The translations under genes and the position numbers were made by a program. Of a stretch of 64,000 bases of DNA, positions 10,053 through 21,485 are shown piece after piece; positions within the stretch are counted from its first letter, which is position 1; each line of letters begins with the position of its first letter. Under the pieces are notes generated by a model that was given only the letters and a program-made list of their open reading frames with translations, was not told where the DNA came from and searched no databases. This stretch comes from an uncultured Verrucomicrobiae bacterium (lineage in GTDB: Bacteria; Verrucomicrobiota; Verrucomicrobiia; Chthoniobacterales; UBA10450), in NCBI GenBank assembly GCA_963801815.1, contig CAWDGJ010000002.1, positions 672,001 to 736,000 of the forward strand, in the 5' to 3' direction.

Positions 10053-11312
10053 TCTGAGTCGGACTGGCGTTGGGCAGAATCACTCGGATCGTCGTTCCTC
10101 TTCGGGGCTGACTGTCCGCTTCTACCCGTCCCCCGTGAAGCTGGGCAATGTGCTTGACGATCGACAACCCGAGGCCGGTGCCGCCAAGTTCACGGCTGCG
10201 CGCCTTGTCCGCGCGATAAAATCTTTCGAAAATCCTCGGCAAATCTTCCGCGTCGATTCCAACCCCATCGTCCCTGACACTTAACATGATCTCACCATCA
10301 CGCCGCTCGGCCCCAAGACGAATCTCGCCGCCTTCGCCCGAGTACTTCACCGCGTTATCGAGCAGATTGTCGTAAACTTCGCGCAGCCGTTCTTCGTCCG
10401 CGCAAATGATCGAACAATCATCGGCTATGTCCACGACAACTTCCAAGCCTTTGGCCGAGATTTTTTTCTCCAATCGCGAACGAGGTCGGAAAGAAATCGT
10501 AACAGATCGATCTCACTCGTTTGCAGGTTCGAGCTGCCCGATTCCACTTGCGCCAGCGTTAACAAATCGTTCGCGAGCAAGCCGAGACGCTTCGAGTGCT
10601 GGTCCATCACTTCCAGAATACGAGCGGTCTCGCCCCGCGGCATTTTCGGATCGTCCAGCATGGTTTCGATGTAACCGCGGAGGATCGACAATGGCGTGCG
10701 CAGCTCGTGCGAAACATTCGCCACAAAATCGCGCCGCATTTCGTCTGCCCGCTTCAACGCCGTGATGTCGTGAAACAAAACGACCGCCCCGGCCTTTGCG
10801 CCGTTGCCGAGCTGCATCGGCTCGGCGCTGACATGCCAATGCCGTTCCGCCAGCGTGATCTCGCCATGAGTTGGTTCGCAATCTCGAAATGTGCGAGTAA
10901 TAAGCTGGTCCAGGCTGGCCTCACGCACCGACTCAAGCAGTGGTGCACCCAGTGAGTTTTCATCAAGGCCAAAAAGTCTTTGAAATGTTTGGTTGAACAG
11001 CGCGATCCGGCGTTCGCCGTCAAGCACCAGCAATCCATCCTGCATCGCGGAAAAAATCGCGCTTTGTTCCGAGGCGCGCCTGGCAGCTTCCCGGTCGAGT
11101 TGCCGCTGACGCGAGGAAATTTCTTCAAGCGCGACGCCGACCCTTCGCGCTTCCTGGCCACCTTCTATCAAGAACGTGCGCGGTTGATGGCCGCGTCCGA
11201 TTTGCCTAACGAGTCGCTCGATCTGGCGCCAGGGCGCGATCCATCTTCGCCAGACGACGAATCCAACTAGAATTGTCGACCCGGCGATGGCGGCGAGCAC
11301 AATCCAGGACAT
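10036..11312 (-). CDS. phoR: Sensor histidine kinase PhoR (frameshift near 10470)
   Basis: TM, PAS-like region and H-box DFVANVSHELRTPL (ORF 10425..11312); HATPase NLLDNAVKY, DDGVGI, FERFYR, GTGLGLSIVKH (ORF 10036..10473). Confidence 0.9.
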
Positions 11313-11315
11313 CGT

Positions 11316-12011
11316 TTATTTCTCGCGGAGGCGGTAACCAAAACCGCGCACGGTCTCAATGATGTCCCCCGCTTTCCCGAGCTTTTCGCGCAACCGCCGC
11401 ACATGAGTATCGACCGTCCGGGTATCGATGACGCTTTCGTAACCCCAAACTTCATTCAGCAATCGGTCGCGCTCTTGCACGCGACCACGCCGTTGCATCA
11501 ACGTTCGCAACAGTTTGAATTCGAGGCTGGTTAGATTGACTGCTTTGCCGTTGACCGAGACCTGGTGGCGCGCGGGATCAATCGTGATCGCACCAGCGCT
11601 CAATTGCTCGTCAGTCTCTTCCGCGGAGCCGCGGCGAAGAATGGCTTTGATTCGCAGAACGATCTCGCGCGGACTGAACGGCTTCACCACATAATCGTCG
11701 GCCCCGAGTTCAAGTCCGACGATCCGATCGATTTCTTCGGCCTTGGCTGTCAACATTAAGACCGGAATTTGTCGCGTCCCCGAATCGGTCTTGAGAATCT
11801 TGCAAACTTCGAGACCAGACATTTTCGGCAACATCAGATCGAGAATGATCAGATCCGGCTTTTCGTTTCGCGCTTTTGCCAGACCGGTCGCGCCGTCAGA
11901 CGCGCTGGCAACGACGAACCCGCCGGCTTTGCGCAAATTCAGACTTAAAAGGTCAACAACGTCTTTTTCGTCTTCGACGACGAGAATTCGCTTGCTCGAC
12001 ACGGCGTCCAT
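11316..12011 (-). CDS. phoB: OmpR-family response regulator PhoB
   Basis: REC domain (VVEDE, LDLMLP, GADDYVVKPF) plus winged helix (RTVDTHVRRLREKL, TVRGFGY). Located with phoR and pst. Confidence 0.88.
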   Translation of the reverse strand: MDAVSSKRILVVEDEKDVVDLLSLNLRKAGGFVVASASDGATGLAKARNEKPDLIILDLMLPKMSGLEVCKILKTDSGTRQIPVLMLTAKAEEIDRIVGLELGADDYVVKPFSPREIVLRIKAILRRGSAEETDEQLSAGAITIDPARHQVSVNGKAVNLTSLEFKLLRTLMQRRGRVQERDRLLNEVWGYESVIDTRTVDTHVRRLREKLGKAGDIIETVRGFGYRLREK

Positions 12012-12034
12012 TCGCGCGAGGGATTTGCGAAAAG

Positions 12035-12299
12035 CTACTTCGATTCCCCCGCGACGGCGGGTTTCACGCCGGCCTTTTCGTTCAAGACCTGGGTGAATTC
12101 CTGCAGGCTGGAAACGATCTGCGGCGCCTTGGTCAGCACCGTGCTGGCCAGTTTTTCGGCGTAATCCGGCCGGCGCTGCGACATCTCCGAGAGCGCCATC
12201 ATGACGGCGAGCGCATTGTTAATCGAATGCTTGATCTCGCTGAATTTTTTCTGCAACTGGGCGATTTCTTCGGCGAAAGGGTATGATTGGTTCGCTCAT
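12035..12299 (-). CDS. Small helical protein with a histidine-kinase H-box-like motif (indels near the N-terminus)
   Basis: ATG at 12299 (MSEPI..) continues after small indels into [24 protein letters not shown]...GESK* (ORF 12035..12256). No ATPase domain. Confidence 0.6.
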
Positions 12300-12366
12300 G
12301 ATCGGGATTTTCGCTGGAGAAAACAGGAGGCTGTGCTTGACTGATAGGTTCGAGATTTCTCGTCCG

Positions 12367-15267
12367 ATGCCTGCGCAAGTTATCAAGATCAGTGGTGCGC
12401 GCCAGCACAATCTAAAGAATCTCCACGTCGAGATTCCGCGGGAGAAGCTGGTCGTGATCACCGGCCTGAGCGGCTCGGGAAAGTCGTCGCTCGCCTTCGA
12501 TACCCTCTATGCCGAAGGCCAGCGCCGTTACGTCGAGAGCCTCTCCGCTTACGCCCGGCAATTCCTCGACCAGATGGAAAAGCCGGACGTCGATTTCATC
12601 GAAGGCCTTTCGCCGGCGATCGCGATCGAGCAGCGCAGCGCCGGCGCGAATCCGCGCTCGACCATCGCGACCACGACGGAGATTTACGATTATCTGCGCG
12701 TTCTTTTTTCGGCGGTCGGCCAGCCGCACGACCCACAGACCGGCCAACCGATTTTCCGGCAAACGCCGCAGCAAATCGTCGATCAGATTCTCGCCTACCC
12801 GCCCGGAAGCAAAATCATTCTGCTCGCGCCGCTGGTGCGAAACCAGATCGGCGAGTTTCGCGACGTGATCGAGAAGAGTGAAACGCGAAGGCTTCGTCCG
12901 GGTCTCGAGTCGATGGCGAAATCGTCGAGCTTGACCGGCCGGAACCGATTCGGCTGAAGAAGGGCGAGCGACACACGATTGAGGCGGTGGTTGATCGGTT
13001 GGTGGTGCGCGACGGAATTCGGACCCGGCTGGCCGATTCGGTGGAGACGGCGCTGAAATGGGGCAACAACAGGTTGTCGATCTTCGATAGAGAGCAGAGC
13101 ACCCAGCGAAAAGTCTAGATGGGAAGAGCTCCGCTATTCGACCGACTACAGTGCAGGAGAACGGATTTCTCGTTAGGCGAGCTGACGCCGAAACATTTTT
13201 CGTTTAACAGCCATCTCGGCGCCTGTCCGGCCTGTCATGGGCTCGGCACGCAATTGGTGTCGATCCCGAGCTGATGATTTCCGATCAGACGCGAAGTATC
13301 GCCGAAGGCGCGATCACGCCGTGGCGGCGCGGGACGAAACGAATGCAGGCCTATTACCGCGAGCTGCAGGGCGCGCTGGTGAGGCATTTCGACGTCGACG
13401 AAGACATTCCGTTCGCAGATTTGCCCGAGAAATTCAAGGACGCGCTCTATTTCGGAACCAACGGCGCGCCGATCGAAATGAACTTCGGCGGCAACGGCGA
13501 AAAGGAGCGCGCCCATTCGAGGGACTGGTCCCGCAAATGCAGCGGCTTTACGAGGAGACGCAAAGCGAATTCACGCGCAACCGGATTCGCGCCTTCATGA
13601 CGCGCGTGCCCTGCACGGTCTGCCACGGCGCGCGGCTGAAACCGGAAATTCTCGCGGTCACGATCAAAGACCGAGAAGGGCGCGAACTGAACATTCACCA
13701 GTTCAGCGAGCAGACGATTGAAGCGGCGGCGCGTTACATCGACAATCTCGAGCTGACTCGACAGCGCAGAAAAAGTCGTCGCCGATGTGGTGCGCGAAAT
13801 TCAGTCGCGCCTGCAATTCCTGGTCGAAGTCGGGCTCGGTTATCTCACGCTCAATCGCGAGAGCGGCACGCTCTCCGGCGGCGAAGCGCAGCGAATCCGG
13901 CTCGCGACCCAAATCGGTTCCGGACTGGCCGGCGTTCTTTACGTGCTCGACGAACCGAGCATCGGGTTGCATCAGCGCGACAACGCGCGGCTGCTCGGTA
14001 CGCTGCGCCGGCTGCGCGATCTCGGGAATTCCGTCATCGTGGTCGAGCACGACGAGGAAACGATTCGCGCGGCCGATCACATTGTCGATCTCGGTCCGGG
14101 GGCCGGACCGCGCGGCGGCGAAATTGTGGCGCAGGGAACACTCGGCGAAATCTTTGCGCGCCAAGAATTCGCTCACGGCTGATTATCTGTCCGGGCGTTT
14201 ACGCATCCCGGTTCCAAAACATCGAACCGAACCGCGATCAGTCCGAAACCGGGCGACGAAGAACGAAGAAGGCTGGCTGATCGTGAGGCGCGACGGAAAA
14301 CAACTTAAAGAACATCGAGGCCGCGTTTCCACTCGGCTGTTTCACCTGCGTGACCGGCGTTTCCGGCAGCGGCAAATCGACGCTGGTCGACGACATTCTG
14401 CGGCGGGCACTCTTTCGGCAGTTTTACAATTCGAAAGACAAACCAGGCACGTACCGGGCGCTGGCCGGCGTCGATCAGATCGACAAGGCGATCGTGATCG
14501 ATCAAAGCGCGATCGGACGGACACCGCGCTCGAATCCGGTCACCTACACCGGTGCGTTCGCACCGATTCGCGAATTGTTTGCGCAACTTCCGGCAGCCCG
14601 GGTGCGCGGTTACGACGCGGGCCGGTTCAGTTTCAACGTCAAAGGCGGCCGCTGCGAAAATTGCGAGGGCGGCGGTTTGATCAAGATCGAGATGCATTTC
14701 TTGCCTGACGTTTACGTGCAATGCGAAGTCTGTCGCGGCCAGCGTTACAATCGCGAGACGCTCGAGATCACTTACAAAGGAAAAAATATCGCCGACGTGC
14801 TCGATCTGACGGTGGATGAAGCAGCGCGATTCTTTCGAAACGTGCCCAGCGTTTCGGACAAACTGAACGCGCTTCTGGATGTCGGACTTGGTTATTTGCG
14901 GCTCGGTCAGGCCGGCACAACGCTTTCCGGCGGCGAAGCGCAGCGAGTCAAGCTGGCGACCGAGCTGGCAAAAAAGGCGACCGGTCGGACCGTCTATATT
15001 TTGGATGAACCGACGACTGGACTGCATTTCGCCGATATCGAAAAACTGCTGCAGGTGTTGATGAAATTGCGCGATGCCGGCAACACGCTGATCGTGATCG
15101 AGCACAATCTCGAAATGATTAAGTGCGCGGACTGGATCATCGATCTCGGGCCGGAAGGCGGCGAACTCGGCGGCGAACTGGTGGCCGCTGGTCCGCCGGA
15201 AGAAATCGTGGACGTTGCCGCCAGTCATACCGGGAAGTATTTGCGGCCTCTCTTGCAGAAGAAATGA
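12367..15267 (+). CDS. uvrA: Excinuclease ABC subunit A (multiple frameshifts)
   Basis: [55 protein letters not shown] and LDEPTTGLH, spread over several frames. Confidence 0.93.
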
Positions 15268-17717
15268 AACGCGCTCTCAACCTCGCCGGCGTCGTTTTGA
15301 TTACGCTGTCTTCATTCGCGCGCGCGGACGTTTCAAATCAGCTCACGGAGGCGGCGAGGCCACTAAGCGATGGCGTCCCGGAAGTCGCGGTCACTCGATT
15401 GGAGGCTTTGTTGAAGCAAAGTCTGTCGGAGGCGGATTGGCGCGCTGTCGCGGAAAGACTGCTCGAAGCGATGGTGGCCGCAAATCAGACAGCTGATGCC
15501 CTGAAACTGTTGGAAGACCCGCGATTGCAGCAAAGCGCATCTGCAAGTTTTTGGCATGCGCAGTTGCTGGCCAGGCTGCATCGCGAATCTGAAGCGTTGG
15601 CGCTGTATAGGCAAATCGCAAGCGGCAACAACTCCGCCTTTCGCGCGGACGCCGTCTTTGGCGCCGGGGAAATGTTGCGGGCGCTCGGCCGGCGAGATGA
15701 AGCGCTGGACAATTTTGCAACGTTGTTTCGCGACCCGAAATGGAGCGTGAAAGCGCAGCTGCGCGCCGCAGAGATCTATCTGGACAAGTCGGATGTGGCG
15801 AACGCGCGACGTTTGCTCGACAAAATTCAGCCAACAATTGCTGATGAAAAAAAGGAGCGCCATTTCCTGCGAGGCAGGCTTGAGCTCGCTTCCCAAAGAC
15901 CCGACCGGGCGATCGCGACGTTCAATTCGATATTGAAGCAACCGGAGGGTGCAACGCACGAGACTTTGACGGCTGTCTTATTCGCATTGGCGGACACGCA
16001 TCTGCAGCTGAACACGCCGGATCTCGGAGACGATTCACTTGAAAATTTTATCGAACATCACCCTCACGATGTCGATCTCGCTCGCATCTTCGCCAAGCTG
16101 GACGAACTTTACCGCGCCGAACGCAAGCCTTCGAGGACCGAACTCGATCGATGGGCCAGGGATCCGGCCGAGCCGAGGCGCGCGTTCGCTCATTGGTATC
16201 TGGCGCGATTCGATTTGCGGAACGGACGGCGCGATCGAGCACTGGAATCGTTCGCTGCGTTGCAAAAGAATCATCCGCCGAACCCCGCTCTCACCCCGGC
16301 GTTCATCGAGTTTGCTCAATTCGAGCTGGAAGATCGTCGTTTTGATGAAGCGCTCACGATATTGGATGACGCGCGAATGCTGCGGCCCAATCCGGCAATG
16401 CTCGATCGCGTCAACCTCCTGGCGGCCGAAGTTAAGTATCGGGCAAGGCGTTTTGACGCGGCGACCGCCGACTTTGAACAAATAGCCAGGTCCGGTTCGG
16501 CCCTGGCGCCGGTGGCAATGTTCGACTCCGCGCTTGGCTCCTTGCAACAAGGGGATGAACCGAGGTTCGTCGCCAACGTCGAAGAGTTTGGCAAAAAGAC
16601 GAGCGATGAAAAATCGCGTGCGGATCTGCGATTGGAAGCGGGATTATCACAAGCGGCCAAAGGTGATCAGCGAGCAGCCGAGTCGCTGAATAAGTTTTTG
16701 CGCGAATTTCCGACGAGCGGGCGAGCTGCGGACGCGTGGGTCGCGCTGGCCGAGCTCGCGTTTCATGCGACACCGCCACGAATCGATGAAGCCCGTAAAT
16801 ATCTCGCCCGCGCTGCGGAAGCGAAACCAAGCGTGGTTGCCCAGGAACGAGCCGATTACCTGGCGATCTGGTTGGAAGACACATTGCCGGGTGCCGAGAC
16901 CAAGGCGACGGAGGTGGCAAAGCGATTTGTTCAGCAGCACGACACCTCCGCTCTTCTGCCATCGGTCCGAATGAAGTTAGGCGAGGTTTATTTTCGGCAG
17001 GAAGATTTTGCAAACGCGGAAACGCAATTCGAATTACTAGCCGAGCAGGATCCGAAAGGCCCGCTCACGGAACGGGCGCTGTTTTTCGCAGGCGAAGCAG
17101 CGATGGCTGGCATGGCCGCGCAATCGCTCGACCGCGCACTCGTTCTGTTCGATCGAGTCGTGCAGCTCAATGGCGATTTTAAATGGGCGGCGCGTAACGA
17201 GCAGGCAGTGATCGAGCGCAAACTAGGCAAACCGCAGGACGCGCTCGCTCTTTATGAAGAAGTCTTGAATGGCGCTGCTCGTCCGGCCGAGCAACGCGAA
17301 GCGATTTGCGGCAAGGGCGACATCTTTTTCGAGATGGCAGCAAACGATCCGCAAAATTATCAGCGCGCCATTGAGTCTTATGACCGCCTGGCGGCAGATC
17401 GAGAGGCGCCGGCGAATTGGCGCAATCAGGCGCTGTTCAAGAAAGGACTCTGTTTGGAAAAGAAATCGGACCGGGCCGGCGCTCTCGCCAGCTTCTACGC
17501 CATCCTTGAGGAAGGATCGCATTCGGAACGTCCACATGAATTCTTCTGGTTTTACAAGGCGGGATTCAATGCGGCCCAGCTCCTGGAAGCTGATTCAAAG
17601 TGGGAATCCGCCGCCGCGGTTTATCAAAAGCTTGCGGCCGCGGGTGGTACTCGCAGCAACGAAGCGCGAGACCGCTTGGACCGGCTTCGTCTCGAACATT
17701 TCCTGCGCCAGGAGTAG
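15264..17717 (+). CDS. Secreted tetratricopeptide-repeat protein
   Basis: Signal peptide [21 protein letters not shown] followed by many TPR-like helical pairs. ATGA overlap with the uvrA stop. Confidence 0.85.
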   Translation: MKRALNLAGVVLITLSSFARADVSNQLTEAARPLSDGVPEVAVTRLEALLKQSLSEADWRAVAERLLEAMVAANQTADALKLLEDPRLQQSASASFWHAQLLARLHRESEALALYRQIASGNNSAFRADAVFGAGEMLRALGRRDEALDNFATLFRDPKWSVKAQLRAAEIYLDKSDVANARRLLDKIQPTIADEKKERHFLRGRLELASQRPDRAIATFNSILKQPEGATHETLTAVLFALADTHLQLNTPDLGDDSLENFIEHHPHDVDLARIFAKLDELYRAERKPSRTELDRWARDPAEPRRAFAHWYLARFDLRNGRRDRALESFAALQKNHPPNPALTPAFIEFAQFELEDRRFDEALTILDDARMLRPNPAMLDRVNLLAAEVKYRARRFDAATADFEQIARSGSALAPVAMFDSALGSLQQGDEPRFVANVEEFGKKTSDEKSRADLRLEAGLSQAAKGDQRAAESLNKFLREFPTSGRAADAWVALAELAFHATPPRIDEARKYLARAAEAKPSVVAQERADYLAIWLEDTLPGAETKATEVAKRFVQQHDTSALLPSVRMKLGEVYFRQEDFANAETQFELLAEQDPKGPLTERALFFAGEAAMAGMAAQSLDRALVLFDRVVQLNGDFKWAARNEQAVIERKLGKPQDALALYEEVLNGAARPAEQREAICGKGDIFFEMAANDPQNYQRAIESYDRLAADREAPANWRNQALFKKGLCLEKKSDRAGALASFYAILEEGSHSERPHEFFWFYKAGFNAAQLLEADSKWESAAAVYQKLAAAGGTRSNEARDRLDRLRLEHFLRQE

Positions 17718-17775
17718 TCGCCTAACGAGCGCATTTTCACTTGCCTTTGGCGTAAAAAAGGCTCACCCTGTGGTT

Positions 17776-18009
17776 ATGACAACTGTGACTAAGTTAGCCA
17801 CGGTCGCCCTGTCGATCGCGATCTGCGCGTCGGCATTCGCTGCTCCGCAAAAGAGCGTCACAACCACGAACAAGCCTTTAAAGGCTGTGAAGTGCACTGT
17901 GATGATCACCGGTTCTGCCTGCCGGCAGGACTGCTCGCGGCTCAGTGTAATCCCGAACACGTCGTATCCGATCGATCGAATTGGCGGCCATTCGGCAGCA
18001 AGCGATTAA
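17776..18009 (+). CDS. Small secreted Cys-containing hypothetical protein (77 aa)
   Basis: MTTVTKLATVALSIAICASAFA signal peptide; mature part contains CTVMITGSACRQDC. Confidence 0.6.
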   Translation: MTTVTKLATVALSIAICASAFAAPQKSVTTTNKPLKAVKCTVMITGSACRQDCSRLSVIPNTSYPIDRIGGHSAASD

Positions 18010-18012
18010 TTT

Positions 18013-19005
18013 TCAGCGAATAATTTCGCTGGAAGTAGTTTCCGGCGCCCTCACGCCGGGCCGAATCCTTGTTTTTGTTTGTAATTCCTGAGGCGGCAAG
18101 CGTGGGCCGCCTCTGTTGTCTCTGGACATCGTTTCCATCGCCTTGATGATACGGGTAAGCGCGTCGTTCACCGGGCAATCAAGACCATGACGGGCACCGA
18201 GCGCGACGATAGCTCCGTTCAAGTAATCGATTTCCGTAGTGCGACCGCGCATCAGGTCCTGTCGCATCGAGACGATGTTGCGCGACCCGGCATAAACCGA
18301 ATTTATTTCATTCATAAAATCGATATCGAGACTCATCTTTTCTGCGGCGGCGACCGCGACGCATTCGTTAATCACGAGTTGCTTGAGGCGAGATAAGCTT
18401 GGATCGACAATTTCTCCGACTTCGCACTTAAGTATCGTCGTAATCGGGTTTACGACACAATTGAAGACGAGTTTGCGCCAGACTTCAGTATGGATGTCGG
18501 GAGAAATGCGGCAATCAAGTCCCGCCGCATCGAGAACATTTGCGACAGACTGGCTACGCTCATGGCGTTCAAGAAGTGTGGAACCTTTCGCCATATATCG
18601 AATCGTCCCGGGACGGTCGAAGATTGCGCCAAACTGAGTAATGCCACGGATTACGACTCCACGTCCTCGAACTCTGTCACGCACTATACGGTCGCTATCC
18701 AAACCGTTTTGAAGTGCGACGATGGTTGTGTCGTCCCGGACAAGCGGTCCAACTGGCTCGAGTGCTGTCACGGTTGCCGGCACTTTAGTGGTAACCAGAA
18801 TTAGCGTATCCGGCAGAATGCAATCAATGTGCGTTGCTGCTCGCACGCGAACAGTTTGATTCTCAATGCCCTCGATACGCAGACCGTCTTCTTCAATCGC
18901 CCGCACGTGATCGGGGCGACCAACAAGCGTGACGTCATTCGTACCTGCAAGTTTGGCGCCGTACAGGCTGCCGATGGCGCCGGCTCCCAGGATGAGGATT
19001 CGCAT
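18013..19005 (-). CDS. panE: 2-dehydropantoate 2-reductase (ketopantoate reductase family)
   Basis: GAGAIG Rossmann motif, LQNG, WRKLVFNCVVNP, SMRQD and TEIDYLNG. Confidence 0.9.
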   Translation of the reverse strand: MRILILGAGAIGSLYGAKLAGTNDVTLVGRPDHVRAIEEDGLRIEGIENQTVRVRAATHIDCILPDTLILVTTKVPATVTALEPVGPLVRDDTTIVALQNGLDSDRIVRDRVRGRGVVIRGITQFGAIFDRPGTIRYMAKGSTLLERHERSQSVANVLDAAGLDCRISPDIHTEVWRKLVFNCVVNPITTILKCEVGEIVDPSLSRLKQLVINECVAVAAAEKMSLDIDFMNEINSVYAGSRNIVSMRQDLMRGRTTEIDYLNGAIVALGARHGLDCPVNDALTRIIKAMETMSRDNRGGPRLPPQELQTKTRIRPGVRAPETTSSEIIR

Positions 19006-19091
19006 CGCGGCAACCGTAACATGTCTCCACCCCAGCAGCGACGCCTAACAGGCGGTCGCGACGCGAATCAGCCATGCCGACAGGACAGAAA

Positions 19092-21236
19092 TTAAAGGGA
19101 ACCAGTCGGCGAAGCCGCTGCCAACGCGCGAAGCCGGGAGACTTGGGCCAGCGTCGAACGCGCCTCATCATCGCGCCCCATCTTTGTCAGAATGTTCGAG
19201 AGCAAAATATACTGACTCGGTTGATCCGGCTGGCGAGCAATTGCGCGCCGCTGGATCCGGACTGCTTCGTCGAAACGTTTTTCATTGACCCGAATCAAAG
19301 CAATAAGCCGCAATGATTCGGCGTCGTGAACATCGAGCAAACTGGCAAAACCAAGCTCCGCCGCAGCCCGTTCAGGATCATTCTTCTGAGCATACAGATG
19401 GCCCAGCGCGAGAGCAGCGCCATGGTGCCACCAGTTTGCTCGTAGGAATTGTTCGACGATCGGTATTGCTGCGTCGGGACCTTCGTTCACCCGGCGCAAC
19501 TCCGACTCGAAACTAACAAGGTCCCACACATTCGGATACGAGGCGCGCGCGTCCGCCAAAATCTTCAACGCCGCCTGGTCGTCCTTCGCTTCATGCTTCA
19601 TCTGAGCAAGGTTTAACGCAGCCAGCCATGTTCGCGGGTAGTCATGCCGGGTAGTAACGGCGAGTTTGACCGTCGCATTGAGAAGTATTTCCGCCTCGCT
19701 CTTATTTCCCTGGAGCCTGAGTAACGCGGCAAGTGTGTTCCGGGCGGTTGAATAATCCGGCGTATTCTTCAGAATTTCCCGCAGTATTTTTTCTGCGGCT
19801 GCGTAGTCGCCACGACGGCCGTAAATTTGAGCAAGATTCACCGAGACCCGGCTGCTGTTGCCTCCCGCGGCTAGTGTTCTCTTATAAAAAACTTCTTCAT
19901 TCGCCCAATCACCGCTTCGGACAAAACTGCGTACACCCAATGCCATGGTCGCCACAATTGCCGCAAAACCGATCGTTCCTCGCCAGCGCGCTGGAACTTC
20001 AATCGCCCAGCCGGCTAGAAAAATAAGCATACCGACGCTTGGCAGATAGAGCCAATGCTCGGCAACGGTCGCATTCAGTTGAATGATGTTTGAGATCGGT
20101 AAAAAGGCAGCGAAAAACCAAATCGACCCAAATACTCGTATTCGCTGCCCCGGACCTTTCTTACAAGCGCCGTAAACAAACAGTGCGAGCAATACCAGGC
20201 CGAGGATCGACAAATACTCGATGCTAATTGTTCGTCGCCAGTCTGCATTCGAACGCCAGCTCACCGGTTCTACGACAGTGCGTTCCATGTGAAGGTTCGC
20301 GGGAAAAACCATCAGCCGGGCATAATCACCGAGCGCTCGCGCCATGAGCATTGCGCGGACCGGAGCGGTCCACCCGGCCTGCTGCGTGGCGCCCGCTGTC
20401 GGACGCTCTTCCGGCAGCTGTCGAAACGCGGCGTAAGCCGCAATTAAGGCGACGCAGCAAATAACCGCACCCAGCCGCCGCCGACGCGAGATTCCTCTTT
20501 CGATCCACAACAGATGCGCGACAAAAAGGATGATCCAAATGCAGGCTATCTCTCGGGAAAGTAACGCGAAGAGTCCGCTTGCGACAGATACTCCGTAAAA
20601 TGTCGAGCGAATGAGTCGCCGCGACGTCGTTTCAGCTTTCAGGAAGAGCAGCCAGGCGGCGGCGGCAGAGAAGAAAGCTAAACTGTCAGCCCGCCCGGAA
20701 ATGTAATCGACCGCTGCGCTGTGCGTAGGATGTACGACCCACAGCATCGCCACGAAAAAAGCTGCATTCGAAATCCAAGGCGCATGACGCTGCGGAAAGA
20801 TCGACCTTTCTCGAAGAAATGAACCGAGCAGATATCGAAGCAGGAAATAAAGCAAAATTCCGGACCCGGCATGCAACAAGGTGTTGGTGAGATGGAAGCC
20901 GAACTCGTCTGTGTTCCAGAAAAAATAGTCAAAGATTAAGGAGATGTTTTGGGCCGGGCGGTAATGAGCTGACATCGAGTCGAGAAACAAATGATGGCGA
21001 AACGTTTCCAGAATCAGATACGGACTCTTAATGAACGGATTATCTTGGGAGAGGTATTGATCATCCCATATCCGTTGGCCCTGCAACGCCGGTGCGTGAA
21101 CCAGGATTCCAACACACCCGAGAATGGCAGCGCGAAGCCAGTCGCTTTTTAAATACGCGCGAAGCTGCGACTGCGATCGCTGTCGACGCTGATCTACATC
21201 TTGGTCCGGCCTAACGAGTGGGATTGAGGCAGGCAT
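19092..21236 (-). CDS. TMTC-like GT-C membrane glycosyltransferase with C-terminal TPRs
   Basis: WDD, HYRP, FHLTNTLLH, HPTHSAAVDYISGRAD and AEHWLYLPSVG motifs; many TM segments followed by TPRs. Confidence 0.82.
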   Translation of the reverse strand: MPASIPLVRPDQDVDQRRQRSQSQLRAYLKSDWLRAAILGCVGILVHAPALQGQRIWDDQYLSQDNPFIKSPYLILETFRHHLFLDSMSAHYRPAQNISLIFDYFFWNTDEFGFHLTNTLLHAGSGILLYFLLRYLLGSFLRERSIFPQRHAPWISNAAFFVAMLWVVHPTHSAAVDYISGRADSLAFFSAAAAWLLFLKAETTSRRLIRSTFYGVSVASGLFALLSREIACIWIILFVAHLLWIERGISRRRRLGAVICCVALIAAYAAFRQLPEERPTAGATQQAGWTAPVRAMLMARALGDYARLMVFPANLHMERTVVEPVSWRSNADWRRTISIEYLSILGLVLLALFVYGACKKGPGQRIRVFGSIWFFAAFLPISNIIQLNATVAEHWLYLPSVGMLIFLAGWAIEVPARWRGTIGFAAIVATMALGVRSFVRSGDWANEEVFYKRTLAAGGNSSRVSVNLAQIYGRRGDYAAAEKILREILKNTPDYSTARNTLAALLRLQGNKSEAEILLNATVKLAVTTRHDYPRTWLAALNLAQMKHEAKDDQAALKILADARASYPNVWDLVSFESELRRVNEGPDAAIPIVEQFLRANWWHHGAALALGHLYAQKNDPERAAAELGFASLLDVHDAESLRLIALIRVNEKRFDEAVRIQRRAIARQPDQPSQYILLSNILTKMGRDDEARSTLAQVSRLRALAAASPTGSL

Positions 21237-21422
21237 TCAGTATTCGGTGCGGCTTGGAGCTTCAATAAAAATGAAAGGCGTTCATCCCTGTGTGAATGAA
21301 AACTTCCGACACAAAGCAACCGCGGTCAGGACGGGTGGTTAGCAGTTTTCTAAACATGAGCTGATTGCGATTTTGACTTCTGGTCAGACGAATCGCGATC
21401 ACCGGGCCGTTGCCCGTTTCTC

Positions 21423-21477
21423 ACGACTCATTCCCTGCCACTCCCGGTCGACCGCGAATGACAGGAGAATGAATCGT
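21423..21477 (-). terminator. Long stem-loop directly after the pilin stop (mRNA stabiliser or terminator)
   Basis: Minus strand ACGATTCATTCTCCTGTCATTCGCGGT pairs with ACCGGGAGTGGCAGGGAATGAGTCGT; most deviations are G-U pairs on this strand. No clear U-tract. Confidence 0.55.
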
Positions 21478-21485
21478 CAGATTCC

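Noticed and set aside
12300..12366. LexA/SOS box upstream of uvrA
   Set aside because: No recognisable palindrome such as TGTTC-N4-GAACA or CTGT-N8-ACAG.
13237..15228. Long alternative ORFs (13237..14280, 13785..14708, 14305..15228) and other antisense ORFs across the window
   Set aside because: They are frameshifted pieces or shadows of real genes in GC-rich DNA and carry no independent motifs.
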